Positions 1 through 11,255 of a DNA stretch of 64,000 bases are shown in pieces; position 1 is the stretch's first letter; each line of letters begins with the position of its first letter. Location: contig NIVC01000020.1 in assembly GCA_002269645.1 (NCBI GenBank), positions 62,001 to 126,000 of the forward strand, written 5' to 3'. The notes under the pieces were generated by a model. The model did not search any database and was not told where the DNA came from. It saw nothing but the letters and a program-made list of their open reading frames with translations. The stretch comes from Macrostomum lignano (lineage: Eukaryota). Made by a program: the position numbers and the translations under genes.

Positions 1-596
1 AGCATGTCGCTGCCCGGCTCCGCAACCTGCGGGTCCCACAGCTGCTTCCAGCGGAATTCCAGCTGCCGCTGCCGGGCCAACCGCTTCTTCACCGAGTAGT
101 GCACCCGCTGGACCAGCTGGCGCCGGAAGCCGGCCTTCCGGTAGATGTAGGACAGGCTGCTGGAGTGGCCGAACGGGTCGATCTGCCAGGACGAGTTGGG
201 CCGCACGCCGATGTGCTTCTCCAGCCACTGGTGGCCCTCCACCAGCTGGTCCACCAGGGCGAAGTAGTGACTGTTGGCCTCGTCCGGCATCACCCAGCCG
301 CCGCTGACGATCTCCAGCCGGCCGGAGCCGATCAGCTGCTTGGCGGTGTCCCGCTGCTGGTTGGACAGCTCCGACCACCACATGGACAGGAAGGACACCT
401 CGGCGTAGATAAAGGTCATGCGGGGTAAGTTGGGCAGGCTGCTCAGCATGCCATTGAGCAGGTTAACGGTCTCCGTGCGGTAATACTCATCCAGGGTATT
501 GCGCCAGCCGGGGTCATTGTGGCTGTGCGGCACCACAATGACCTGCAGCTTGTTGGCGGGGGTGAACCGCTGGGGATCGAAGGTCACCTGCCAGCC
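1..596 (-). CDS. MAN2A: Golgi alpha-mannosidase II (GH38 N-terminal catalytic domain), exon 2; continues beyond the window edge
   Basis: Manual minus-strand translation gives GWQVTFDPQRFTPANKLQVIVVPHSHNDPGWRNTLDEYY...FIYAEVSFLSMWW...GRLEIVSGGWVMPDEANSHY...SWQIDPFGHS...QRVHYSVKK, the GH38 motifs. Acceptor cgcag| precedes 596. Confidence 0.95.
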
Positions 597-654
597 CTGC
601 GGAGTTCATGGCGAGCAGCGAGTGGTTCATGTTTAGCGACTGGTGGCTTGAGTT

Positions 655-1300
655 CCTGCTCATCGATGTCTGTAACCCACTGACAATGCTCATCGATACC
701 TGTAACCCACCGGCTGACAATGCTCATCGATACCTGTAACCCACGGGCTGACAATGCTCATCGATACCTGTAACCCACCCACTGACAGTGCTCATCGATA
801 CCTGTAACCCACCCACTGACAATGCTCATTGATACCTGTAACCCACTGACTGACAATGCTCATCGATACCTGTAACCCACTGACTGACAATGCTCATCAA
901 TACCTGTAACCCACTGACTGACAATGCTCATCAATACCTGTAACCCATCGACTGACAATGCTCATTGATACCTGTAACCCACCCACTGACAATGCTCATT
1001 GATACCTGTAACCCACCCACTGACAATGCTCATTGATACCTGTAACCCACCCACTGACAATGCTCATCGATACCTGTAACCCACCGACTGACAGTGCTCA
1101 TCGATACCTGTAACCCACCGACTGACAATGCTCATCGATACTTGTAACCCACCGACTGACAATGCTCATCGATACCTGTAACCCACCGACTGACAATGCT
1201 CATCAATACCTGTAACCCATCGACTGACAATGCTCATCGATACCTGTAGCTAACTGACTGACAATGCTCATCAATACTTGTAGCCCACCGACTGACACCT
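655..1300. repeat. 34-bp minisatellite filling the MAN2A intron (597-1381)
   Basis: Unit tgacaatgctcatcgatacctgtaacccaccgac repeated about 18-19 times. On the gene strand each unit contains TTACAG|GTAT. Confidence 0.95.
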
Positions 1301-1381
1301 GTAGCCGCACTGCGCCACTAAGTATTCTCAAAGCTGTGGAGTCGTGGACTCTCAAACCACAGCTGGACAGAAAATCCTCAC

Positions 1382-1918
1382 CTGCTTCCACGGACCGCCG
1401 TCGGGATTGTCGAAGCTGATCTCGCTGTACAGTCGGGACATCGGCAGGTCCGCCCGGTGCTGCCGGTTCAGCAGCGCCGACCAGGGCGCCGGGCAGGTGC
1501 GCAACGCGTTGACCGCCAGCTGCGGCACGGGAATTTGCTGCTGCTGCTGCTGGCCGGCTGCTGCAACGCCAGGCGGCGGCTGCAGGGCGCCCTTGAGCGC
1601 GCCGTGCAGATCAGCGAGGGCGGCGTTGCCCGCCCCCAGCTGGCCGTTGGCGTTGAGGTGCGCCAGCAGGCTGTCGATCTTGGCGTTGCCGGACCGGCCG
1701 GCCGTGATCTCCTGCACTGCCTCCCGGATGAGGCGCAGCGCCTCGCGAGTCAGCTTGAGCTGCGACTCAAACTTGCGCACCTGCTCCTCCATGGCGGCCA
1801 GGTCCGACTGCGAGATCTGGCCGGGCTCGGGCGAGGCCGTCCGGTCCAGCATGTTGTAGAACAGGAAGAGCAGCAGCAAGAAGACGGCCAAGTAGTACTT
1901 GAGGTAGCGCCAGCGCAT
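1382..1918 (-). CDS. MAN2A: Alpha-mannosidase II exon 1 (type II membrane anchor and stem)
   Basis: ATG at 1918 (MRWRYLKYYLAVFLLLLFLFYNML, a transmembrane segment) and a coiled stem ending DNPDGGPWKQ. Donor CAG|GTGAG at 1381 joins in frame to GW, giving the conserved DGGxWKQGW. Confidence 0.9.
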
Positions 1919-1984
1919 AGTGGCTGCCGGCGCTGCAATGGGTGCGGATTCGGCTGGGCTCAACTGGCCAGGGCGACTGGGGCG

Positions 1985-2430
1985 GCTGCTCAGCCTGAGG
2001 ATCTGGGAGGGCCGCTGCTCAGCCTGAGGATCTGGGGCCGCTGCTCAGCCTGAGGATCTGGGAGGGCCGCTGCTCAGCCTGAGGATCTGGGAGGCTGGCT
2101 GCTCAGTCTGAGGATCTGGGAGGCTGGCTGCTCAGTCTGAGGATCTGGGAGGCTGGCTGCTCAGCCTGAGGATCTGGGAGGCTGGCTGCTCATACTGAGG
2201 ATCTGGGAGCCTGGCTGCTCAGTCTGATGATCTGGGAGGCTGGCTGCTCAGACTGAGGACCTGGGAGCCTGGCTGCTCAGTCTGATGATCTGGGAGGCTG
2301 GCTGCTCAGCATGAGGATCTGGGAGCCTGGCTGCTCAGTCTGATGATCTGGGAGGCTGGCTGCTCAGACTGAGGATCTGGGAGGCTGGCTGCTCAGCCTG
2401 AGGATCTGGGAGGGCGGCTGCTCAGCCCGA
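1985..2430. repeat. 29-bp minisatellite upstream of MAN2A
   Basis: Unit gctgctcagcctgaggatctgggaggctg, about 15 copies, no spacers. Confidence 0.95.
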
Positions 2431-3057
2431 GGACTCATAGAGCTAACAGACAGCTCCCAGCTTCGGCAGGCACAGAGCAAATGGGTCAGTGACGAGAGCA
2501 GCAAATAGGATTTGTGTAAAAGCCAGCAGTAACAGGGGCTGGAGGGGACCAGAGCTCGGGGAACTGAGCAGCTAGATGAAAGGCCGGACAAATCTGGACT
2601 GTGGGGAGAGTTAAGGCACAACGGCTGCCCTCTGATTGCTAGGAAAACAGGCCTGTCTTTTATTAGAGAATTCGGTGGCGTGAGCCCAGATACGTTCTAT
2701 GAATATACTGTCAGAAAAATAATGAACAAGAACTCAACGTTATGGCTGCGTCAGAGATGCCTCTGAGCACATGAGCGCCGGGAACTCAGCATTTGGCATT
2801 TATATAAGCACTATCATGTACACAGAAAGTCCAGAGTAATAAACAGATCAGGTTAAGCAACCACAAAGGACCGATTTGCGTCAGATTTGTGTGAGCGTAC
2901 ACAGAAGCACAAAAGCTGCATGCAGTCAACAGCAGTAGCTTCGAGGCAACAAGCAATGCGCTTTAATAGAAATGCACATTTGTTTGTTTATAGCATACTG
3001 CTAATTTGTCTACCAATCAGACCGTTGCAGAATCCACAGTCGGCTGTCCGAGCTTCA

Positions 3058-3444
3058 TCAGCTCTCCACGGCAACGCTAAACGTCTTGACGCAGGCGGCG
3101 TCCCTGGCGTCGTGGTATTTGTCCCGGTCGGCGCCGTAGGCCAGCAGGTAGCAGCGGGGGTGCCAGGCCAGCGTGAAGGAGGAGTTGTTGGTGGCGTGCT
3201 GCAGCACCTGCTCACCTGTGGCCGAGTGCGAGATGTCGATGAAGTGGTCCTCGGAGCCGGCGGCCAGCAGCTGGCCATCGTGGCTGAAGCTGATGGTGCG
3301 CACCGGCCACTCCAGGCGGCCGGAGGCGGCCAGCGGCGCCAGTTCGGTGGCGGACCAGATCGTCACCAGGGCGTCCGCGGCTCCAGTGGCGAAGTAGCGG
3401 CCGGTGCGGTCGAAGTCCAGACAGATGCAGTTGGTGGGGTGTGC
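3058..3444 (-). CDS. THOC3: THO complex subunit 3 (WD40, Tex1), exon 2
   Basis: AHPTNCICLDFDRTGRYFATGAADALVTIW...RLEWPVRTISFSHDGQLLAAGSEDHFIDI...AWHPRCYLLAY...DRDKY. Acceptor ctccag| at 3445. Confidence 0.92.
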   Translation of the reverse strand, partial: AHPTNCICLDFDRTGRYFATGAADALVTIWSATELAPLAASGRLEWPVRTISFSHDGQLLAAGSEDHFIDISHSATGEQVLQHATNNSSFTLAWHPRCYLLAYGADRDKYHDARDAACVKTFSVAVES

Positions 3445-3526
3445 CTGGAGGGCGGGGCGGCGATGGGGCCAATAATGAGCGATTCGAACAGCCATTGAAG
3501 CCATTGAGATCAGACTGGCAGCTCGG

Positions 3527-3757
3527 CAGGGGCGTAGCCAGGAGTTTTCATTGGGTGTCTTTGGGGACCAAAGGCGCCAGCACCAAAGGCGCCAGCACCA
3601 AAGGCACGAGCACCAAAGGCGCCAGCACCAAAGGCGCCAGCACCAAAGGCGCCAGCACCAAAGGCGCCAGCACCAAAGGCACCAGCACCAAAGGCGCCAG
3701 CACCAAAGGCGCCAGCACCAAAGGCGCCAGCACCAAAGGCGCCAGCACCAAAGGCAC
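3527..3757. repeat. MITE-like end (caggggcgtagccagg) followed by a 15-bp minisatellite inside the THOC3 intron
   Basis: Unit caccaaaggcgccag, about 12 copies. The start resembles the TIR of the 61540-61749 element. Confidence 0.85.
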
Positions 3758-3952
3758 CACGCGCTCGATGTTGTATTTTAACTATCAGTGCGCAAGCTTT
3801 TTGCACACATAAAAGAGATTTGCTTCATATTCTTTCCATGCTACTCATCAGTAGGCAGTATCGTAATTTCAAGCCAAAATCTTCCAGAAATGGCAATGGC
3901 AGCCGGGAAAGACAGAAGCAGTAAAACTGCCGATCAGCAGTTTCGAACCTAC

Positions 3953-4621
3953 CTGCAAGGTGGTCTCCAGCTGCATGTCCGGATACGAGAACACCTGCAC
4001 GCTGCCAAGCCCGGTTGTCATGAAGAAGGCGTCCCCGGTGCAGTTCCAGGACACCTCGTTCACCTCCAGCTTGAACTGCTCCTCGCGGGCCACCTTGCGC
4101 GTCTTCACGTCAACAAAGGAGACGAGGTCCTCCTTGTTGCCCACGGCGATGCACTCGCCATTGGGCGACCAGGTCACGTTGATGTTCTCGCCGCGGAGCA
4201 CCAGCGTGGCCACCGAGTGCTGCGTGCGGGCGTCCCACAGGCGCAGCGACTTGTCCGAGCTGGCGGTGGCCAGCAGGCTGGGGTGGCGCGGGTTCCAGCA
4301 CAGCTGGTCCACACTGCCCGTGTGGCCCTTGAATGTGACGTCCTTGGACAGGCGGCCGGAGTCCAGGGAGAACAGGTTGACGACGCGGTCTACGGAGCCT
4401 GTAGCCAGCCGGGAGCCGTCGCTGCTCCACTTGAGGGTGTGGATCTTGCCGGAGTAGGAGTTGTACTCCCGGCTGCGGCTGGGGCCGCGCAGCAGGGCGC
4501 GCAGGCCTGCCAGGGAGTCCACTGTGGGCGGTGGCGGCGGCGGCGACATTGAGGGCTGGAGGCCGCTGGGCTGCGGGGTGGGAGAAATGTCAGGCTTAGT
4601 GGTGGATTGTTGAGCCAGCAT
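3953..4621 (-). CDS. THOC3: THOC3 exon 1 (start at ATG 4621 or 4549)
   Basis: WD40 repeats KIHTLKWSSDGSRLATGSVD, KGHTGSVDQLCWNP...LLATASSDKSLRLWD, GENINVTWSPNG, EVNEVSWN. Donor CAG|GTAGG at 3952, phase 0. Confidence 0.92.
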
Positions 4622-4929
4622 GCACTCTACCCTACATTCTACATAACAATGATCAATGTCCTGGCTATGGTTTTCAAGTTATATTGCACAAATTATTTTA
4701 GAACAGAATATTTAGGCCACGATCATACATGCGCAACTGCTGGCCGACCTGGCCGATCTGGCCACCGTAAATCGTGGCTGACCAGGGGTAAGTCGCAAAA
4801 TTGAGTCAACCAAAAACAGAAAAACACAAAAACCAAGAAAGGCAAGAGGAAAGCGAAAGAAAGAGCAGTTCAGGGAAAATGGTGAAGCAAAAGAAAAACA
4901 ATTCGCAAAAGAAGCAAACTAAGTTGTAA

Positions 4930-5690
4930 AAATAATCAGGTAAGTCGCAAAAAGGATCAGGTAAGTCGCAAAAGAAGCAAACTAAGTCGCAAAAAGGATC
5001 AGGTAAGTTGCAAAAAGGATCAGGTAAGTCGCAAAAGGGTTAGGTAAGTCGCAAAAGGGTTAGGTAAGTCGCAAAAGGGTTAGGTAAGTCGCAAAAGGGT
5101 TAGGTAAGTCGCAAAAGGATCAGCTAAGTCGCAAAAATGATCAGGTAAGTCGCAAAAGGGTTAGGTAAGTCGCAAAAGGGTTAGGTAAGTCGCAAAAGGG
5201 TTAGGTAAGTCGCAAAAGGGTTAGGTAAGTCGCAAAAGGGTTAGGTAAGTCGCAAAAGGGTTAGGTAAGTCGCAAAAAGGATCAGGTAAGTCGCAAAAAG
5301 GATCAGGTAAGTCGCAAAAGGGTTAGGTAAGTCGCAAAAGGGTTAGGTAAGTCGCAAAAGGGTTAGGTAAGTCGCAAAAAGGATCAGGTAAGTCGCAAAA
5401 AGGATCAGGTAAGTCGCAAAAGGGTTAGGTAAGTCGCAAAAGGGTTAGGTAAGTCGCAAAAGGATCAGCTAAGTCGCAAAAAGGATTAGGTAAGTCGCAA
5501 AAAGGATTAGGTAAGTCACAAAGGGTTAGGTAAGTCGCAAAAGGATTAAGTAAGTCGCAAAAAGGATTAGGTAAGTCACAAAGGGTTAGGTAAGTCGCAA
5601 AAGGATTAGGTAAGTTGCAAAAAGGATTAAGTAAGTCGCAAAAAGGATTAAGTAAGTCGCAAAAAGGATTAGGTAAGTCGCAAAAAGAAG
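4930..5690 (+). repeat. 20-21-bp minisatellite GTAAGTCGCAAAAGGGTTAG / GTAAGTCGCAAAAAGGATCAG
   Basis: About 35 tandem copies inside the hAT-like element. Confidence 0.95.
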
Positions 5691-5969
5691 CAACTAAATC
5701 GCAATAAGAGGGAAGTAAGTCACAATCAGAGGCAATCAGGGGGTAGTAGGTGCAAGTGTGGCAGGAGAGCAAAAACAGAATAGAAGCCTTCAACCACAGA
5801 CAAGATCTTTGAAATCAGAAGCCCGCGTCAACAGTTTCCCATTGATTTCTTAAACTCTGGAGCAGGGGTTGGCAAACTCCGGCTCGCGAAGCCCCTCTAT
5901 CTGGCCCTCGCCCCTCGGGTTCTTTGAAACTTCCTAACTACGAGTAGCAAGGTTGGTGTCTCTTCAACT

Positions 5970-6640
5970 CTCATCTCTCTCTTCTTCTCTACCTTGCCTC
6001 CCCTCTTCTCTCTCTCCCCCTTTTCCCTCTTCTCTCTCCTCTCATTTTTACTCTCCTCTCTTCTCCCCCTTTCTCTCTACCCTTTCTCCTCAATGCCCTC
6101 TTCTCTCCTCTTATCTTCAGCAAAAATATGTGCATATTTTCTTACTTCAAAGTAGAGGGAATAGAAGATTAGAGATAAGCAAACAGAGGAGAGGCGAGCG
6201 ATGCGATGGGAGAAAAGATAGAAGAGGAGAGAAAAGCTGAGGGAGGAAAAAGAGATAAGAGAGAAGAGGAGATGAGAGGAAAGAGGAAAGAAAAGATGAT
6301 GGATGAGATCAGAAGAGAGGAAAGAGGAGAGGAGAGAGTAGATGAGAGAAGAGAGGATAAAGAGGAGATGAGAGGAGAGATGAGAGAGTAGAAAAGAGAG
6401 GAGAGATAAGATGAGAGAGTAGAGTGGAGAGAGACGAGAGGGAAGATAAGATGAGAGAGTAGAGTGGAATGGATAGAGACGAGAGAAGAGATAAGAATGT
6501 AGTGAGGAGACAGAAGAGATAGGAGAGGAGAGGAAAGAGAGGAGAGAGGAGAGGAAAGAGAGGAGAGAGGAGAGGAAAGAGAGAAGGGATAAGGGATGAG
6601 AGAGAAAAGAAAAAGAGGATGAGAAGATTGAGGAATGGAG
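5970..6640. repeat. Low-complexity polypyrimidine tract (5970-6120) followed by a polypurine tract (6150-6640)
   Basis: CT-rich then GA-rich sequence. The ORFs here are compositional artefacts. Confidence 0.9.
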
Positions 6641-8044
6641 AGAATTTGCAAAGGCCTCAAATCTTAGTTTAACATGCATTACTCCCATCTTTGCCTTTTT
6701 CCTAACTGTTAACAAGTTTTTGTTTGAGCATGACTTCAAATTTAGAATCTATGCAAAAATAGTTCCGGGAATTAGAATTCAGTGGTTTAAAAATCTGTGG
6801 ATTTTCACAGCTTGTATCTCTACTGGATTCGTATTCTGCATCTGATGAGCCATCTGAATCAGGGCTCTCATCTTCCATGCCAAATCGTCTAGCAAATCGT
6901 TCTTGAGCTATAGGTCACACTGTATTCACTTCACTTACTTCTGGACATTCATGAATCATGACTTTTGTAGTATGCTCACTACACTGTACTGACAATTTAC
7001 TAATTGCTTCATGCCGCCACTAGATGACATACTGATTAGCTGTTATAAAAACGCGGAATCTGCACGCAGCACTAATTAGCTGGCGAGGCATTTAGCTTTA
7101 AAAATATGGTCATAGTTACTCCTGCCGTTTACCTAAAGTTTTTGCTTGGCTCTTTCATAGGTAAGTCGCATTTTTTATCGAAAACTAAGTCGCACGGCCA
7201 GCGTAATTTCAGAAGTTGCGCATGTATGGCCACGATGATTATGCTTATTAATTTTTATCCCGAAATTCTTAATAATAAACATGACAAAATACCAAGTAGT
7301 CCATAAGCAATAACCTGCTAAGAGAACCTAACACCATAACTTTCTATATACAAGTATTATAAGAAACTAAGAGTAGCAATTTAAGTAACCAAGTTAGCTC
7401 TGATACAAACGTTTTTTTCTGAATTATAAGCCTAAATAATTGTTGTGAAATGCATTCCAATGTCATGTTCAATATAATAAAGACAAGAAAACCCACATCA
7501 GTGTGCCACCATTTGTCACCTGGCAATTGCTGGCAAGCGATTCAAAGAGGTAGTTGATGCTGTCCACAGAGCCTAGACGTTCTCTGACAGTCACAACATT
7601 AGAAAGCCCATTGGCATGGTAATAAAAGAAGGAAGGATACCAAATCAGACACCAAACCAGATGGGAAGGGAGTCCATCTGAATAGCCACTCTTATGTATG
7701 AAATTTGGAGCTTTGTGGATAGTGACAGGTGTGTGAGCATTGCCAAAAACTTTGAGATCTGTCATAACACAGCTTACATTGTCCTTCGTGGTGATTTAGA
7801 ATTTGTGAAAGTGGAAGCTTGCACTGAAGTGAAGTCTGTTTATTTGATTTAAGCATTAAATTATGCTTAAATCAGTATGAGATTTGAGATAAGGTATGAG
7901 ATTTCTAGTTAAATGCTTTTATGTTGCAATAAAATGTTTTATAACAATTATTTTGGAATAAACTTTCTGAGCTCATTTTTCTGAAAACATCCAAGTAATT
8001 ACAAACATTTTTAGATGCAACAGGACTCTACAACTTTCTACACT

Positions 8045-8320
8045 TTCTACAGGATTTCTACACTGTGCAAAGCTTACTTTGGCCAAATTCTAGCAGCTAA
8101 CTTCAGTCTTTACATTGCTCACTCCCAGACAATATGCAGATACCTCAAGATCATGTCAATATTCTACAATAAGTTTCCAAGGGGCTTGGTAGCTTCAGTG
8201 AACAACCAGTTGAATCAGCCCATAGTGACTTTGAAGCCACCTGGCAGTGCTATAAGTGCCCTTTTAATCATCTTCAATATATCTCAGTATTTTCCAATCC
8301 ACAATACCAAGTGGCAATAT
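8045..8320 (+). pseudogene. Decayed relic of the Chapaev-type transposase 3' end, inverted relative to the intact copy
   Basis: Aligns by eye to the coding strand of about 12240-12550, e.g. aaggggcttggtagcttcagtgaac...gaatcagcccatagtgactttgaagccacctggcagtgctataagtgccc. It carries internal deletions and many transitions. Confidence 0.9.
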
Positions 8321-9474
8321 AAGCAGATGCCTTTGAAGACTGCTAGACTAGCATACAAATTTTTAATTTAGTTATTCTGATATATGTTATGGCCTTCTTG
8401 GGGCTTAATCTGAAATATGATTGCCAAACAGAAAAAGTTCTAAAAATGGAAAAGATATTTTTGCAGCTATGGAAACCAAATAAGGTAACCAATATTAAAG
8501 TAAAAAACCTAGCTTGCATTCTGTTAGATTTTATTGCAAGATTTTCTTGCAATAACTAGTGCTAGTCTAGAACATAAGAAAAGAAAAATTTCTGACTTTT
8601 TCAACTGTCAGTTTTTCAACAAAATAAAAAATTAAGTCAATATAAAAGTTTTTAAGATGTTCTAATTGGTATTAGATATAAAAACATGAGTCTAATGCTA
8701 ATTAAAAAGCTACAATTCCTTCATATTTTTAATCTGCTATAACTTCAAAGTGTGCTAAACACAAGCATATTGTTAAAGCTAATAGTAGCATAAATAAGTA
8801 TAGACCAAGTCCTAGAGTCCAACCAAGCTTAGATTTTGGATAAGTCAAGGACTTGGTTGAGCATTTAGTTTTTTCAACCAATTCAATCAATAGTGATTAT
8901 TTTTATATAGCATATTTCATAGTTGATATTCATGCTGTATGCAGGTTTTTGGTTTGGTTTATGTGATTATATTTATATTTTAAAAAAAAAGATTGACCTT
9001 TGTCTAAAGATGAATTTTTTAACTTAATAGTTCATTTCAAATTTTAATTTTTTTTGATCTTCAAATACATGTTATATAAGTACTCAAACAACTATTTAAT
9101 GAGAATCATTAGTCTAAAGCTCACTTAAGTTGATTCTTTGACTTTACTGGGATGATGAAAAAGAAGCTATTGGCTGCCTGCCCTGTCATAATGTGCATAT
9201 ATATTGCAATTGTTACTCTCTGAGTATAGTGTGTTAGACATGCTAGGAGGTGCCACTATACATGCCTTTGTACTCTGGTGGGGGTTGAGATGTGGGGGTA
9301 TTAGCCATACTGGCTGGCTTAAAGCCTTTGCAACTAGCCTGGCTTGTCTCCATTACCGTTTCATAATTTTTTTATTCTCTTTTTTATAAACCAAATAATA
9401 ATTAGAATAATAATTAGAAACTTTTTTCAACAAATATGCTTTGCTTGATTCTATTAGGATCCACTTTCAATGAT

Positions 9475-9785
9475 AATGCCCATTCTACCAGTGATAGTGC
9501 CCATTCTACCAGTGATAGTGCCCATTCTACTAGTGATAATGCCTATTCTGCCAGTGACAGTGATGGCACCTATTCTGCCAATGATGGTGCCTATTCTGCC
9601 AGTGATGGCGCCTATTCTACTAGTGATAATGCCTATTCTGCTAGTGACAGTGATGGCACCTATTCTGCCAGTGATGGCACCTATTCTGCCAGTGATGGCA
9701 CCTATTCTGCCAGTGATGGCACCCATTCTGCCAGTGATGGCGCCTATTCTGCCAGTGATGGCGCCCATTCTGCCAGTGAGGGCCT
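9475..9785. repeat. Degenerate 21-bp minisatellite (cctattctgccagtgatggca)
   Basis: About 14 copies; produces spurious Ser/Asp-rich ORFs. Confidence 0.9.
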
Positions 9786-9949
9786 CTATTCTTCCAGTAA
9801 AGGCACCTCTGCTGGTGACCAAGCTACCAGTTCTACTTCTACATGCTCACTTTTGTAATCAAGCTATTATTTAGCATCTGCTATGAGATATTGGTCTTGC
9901 AATGCAAAAGTTGAATAACTTTTTAAGTGAAGAACAAATTTATTTTTGT

Positions 9950-10650
9950 AGCCATGGAGACCCATTCATGAAAATGATTACTTATTTTCTCTTTATCATG
10001 TTCAAAGGCATTCATATAAAAGAAAGCTGCTTTCCATGGTTGTTGCTAAGTAAAATTTTTAGATTAGAAGGTGCATTATGTACACCTTGTGTTCTTTTTT
10101 CCTTGGGCATTGGAGTTGATAGCCAGTTGTGGACAGAAAGCCTGTGCACTTGTTTCAATGCCTATATAGAGGTTTGATGATTTAACAGGAAAACAAAGTA
10201 TACTCTCACTGCATGAAAAAGTGCATGCCATATTGCAAACTATGAAAAAATGAAAGAGTTTGAGAGGCACATTCACAATGGAGAAAAAGACCAAGATATT
10301 CAATTGCAGCTTATGAATCAGCCACTTCTATTAGATGGTGGCAAGCCTGAAATGAACAATAGGAACTTTTGTGCACCATTGTGTTACCAAGCTTGAGGTG
10401 GCAATGCTAATCTTATAAACCAGGTAAGTCATGTAGCTGCTATTGCTAATGCTTATTATCTTTTTCCATAGAACTAGAATGAAGTTCTCAATATAGCCTT
10501 GAAGCTGCTAAGAGAGAAGATTATCTTGCAAGTTCAGAATGCTGAATGCTAGGCTTTGATAGTTGATGAGACTATGTATTTACAGAAAAGAGAGCAGCTT
10601 GTGATCATTGCCCATTACCTATCTACCATCCATTGACTGATGGCTTTGTG
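9950..10650 (+). mobile_element. Decayed hAT (ZMYM1/DUF4371-like) transposase relic
   Basis: Fragments FPWLLLSK...EGALCTPCVLF (TTF-type Zn finger) at about 10030-10100 and ALIVDETMYLQKREQLVIIAHYL (compare hAT DETTD...EQL...RY) at 10553-10621. Many stop codons. Confidence 0.6.
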
Positions 10651-11255
10651 CAGTGGAATAAAGACCCTGTGTTAAAGCTAGAGCTTGTATCTGAAATTAT
10701 TGGCAATACCAACTCATAGGAAGATATTTGGCTTAGTAGTAAAAAGATTGCTGTAACAATTTTTTGTTGGTTGGACTTTATGCTATGCATGGCTTAGTGC
10801 TATAATAGTGCCTCATCAATTAAATTGCTCATTGTAAAAGACACCTGATTCAAGGGCAAAAAGATGCTCATATAGTTTTTGGTGCAAGATTGTTGACTAG
10901 GCCTATTTGAGCTAAAAATGCAAGGTGATCAATTAAGTTTAAATGGCCTCTATAGTGCATAGTAGAACATCCCTTAAACTAGAAAAAATGATCTGGCAAT
11001 CTTTTACTTTACTGCATTTAAATATTTTTCACTTTTCTTTCTCATTTCAGCCAATTTACTTATAGCTAAAAGGCCTTTTGCACCTACTACAATTGTGCCC
11101 AAGGCCAATCTAAGGGCTAAGGCTAGCAGCCAAGCTGTGTGACATTGATATCATACTATGTGAGCTTGTGCTGCTGACGTCTAACAGCCAGAAAACTATT
11201 CACTGGCTGGCCACCCTACAGGCTATTGCAAAATTCTCGGGCATGTGAACAATGC

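Larger units (their letters stand above)
4724..7228. mobile_element. Non-autonomous hAT-like DNA transposon (2505 bp)
   Basis: TIR catacatgcgcaact (4724) / agttgcgcatgtatg (ending 7228). 8-bp TSD GCCACGAT at 4716-4723 and 7229-7236. The taagtcgc motif occurs near both ends. Confidence 0.8.

Noticed and set aside
99-428. Plus-strand ORFs opposite GC-rich genes (also 1457-2053, 2887-3498, 3788-4552, 21037-21855, 31025-31501, and 36840-37676 on the minus strand)
   Set aside because: Antisense or alternate-frame shadows of real CDS with high GC3.
1985-2430. CRISPR-like 29-bp repeats (also the 33-, 34-, 39- and 45-bp arrays)
   Set aside because: They are head-to-tail with no unique spacers, there are no cas genes, and the context is eukaryotic.
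6077-6739. Ser/Leu-rich and Glu/Arg-rich ORFs
   Set aside because: Artefacts of CT/GA low-complexity sequence.
6841-6875. CTGATGAG hammerhead-like core
   Set aside because: It forms a simple hairpin with no GAAA after stem II and no cleavage triplet geometry.
7490-7800. Possible helix-turn-helix transposase remnant
   Set aside because: Only a weak SIAKNFEICHNTAY resemblance; not enough to assign a family.
9436-9874. Ser/Asp-rich biomineralisation-like ORF
   Set aside because: It derives from a 21-bp minisatellite within decayed AT-rich transposon debris, and several frames are open.
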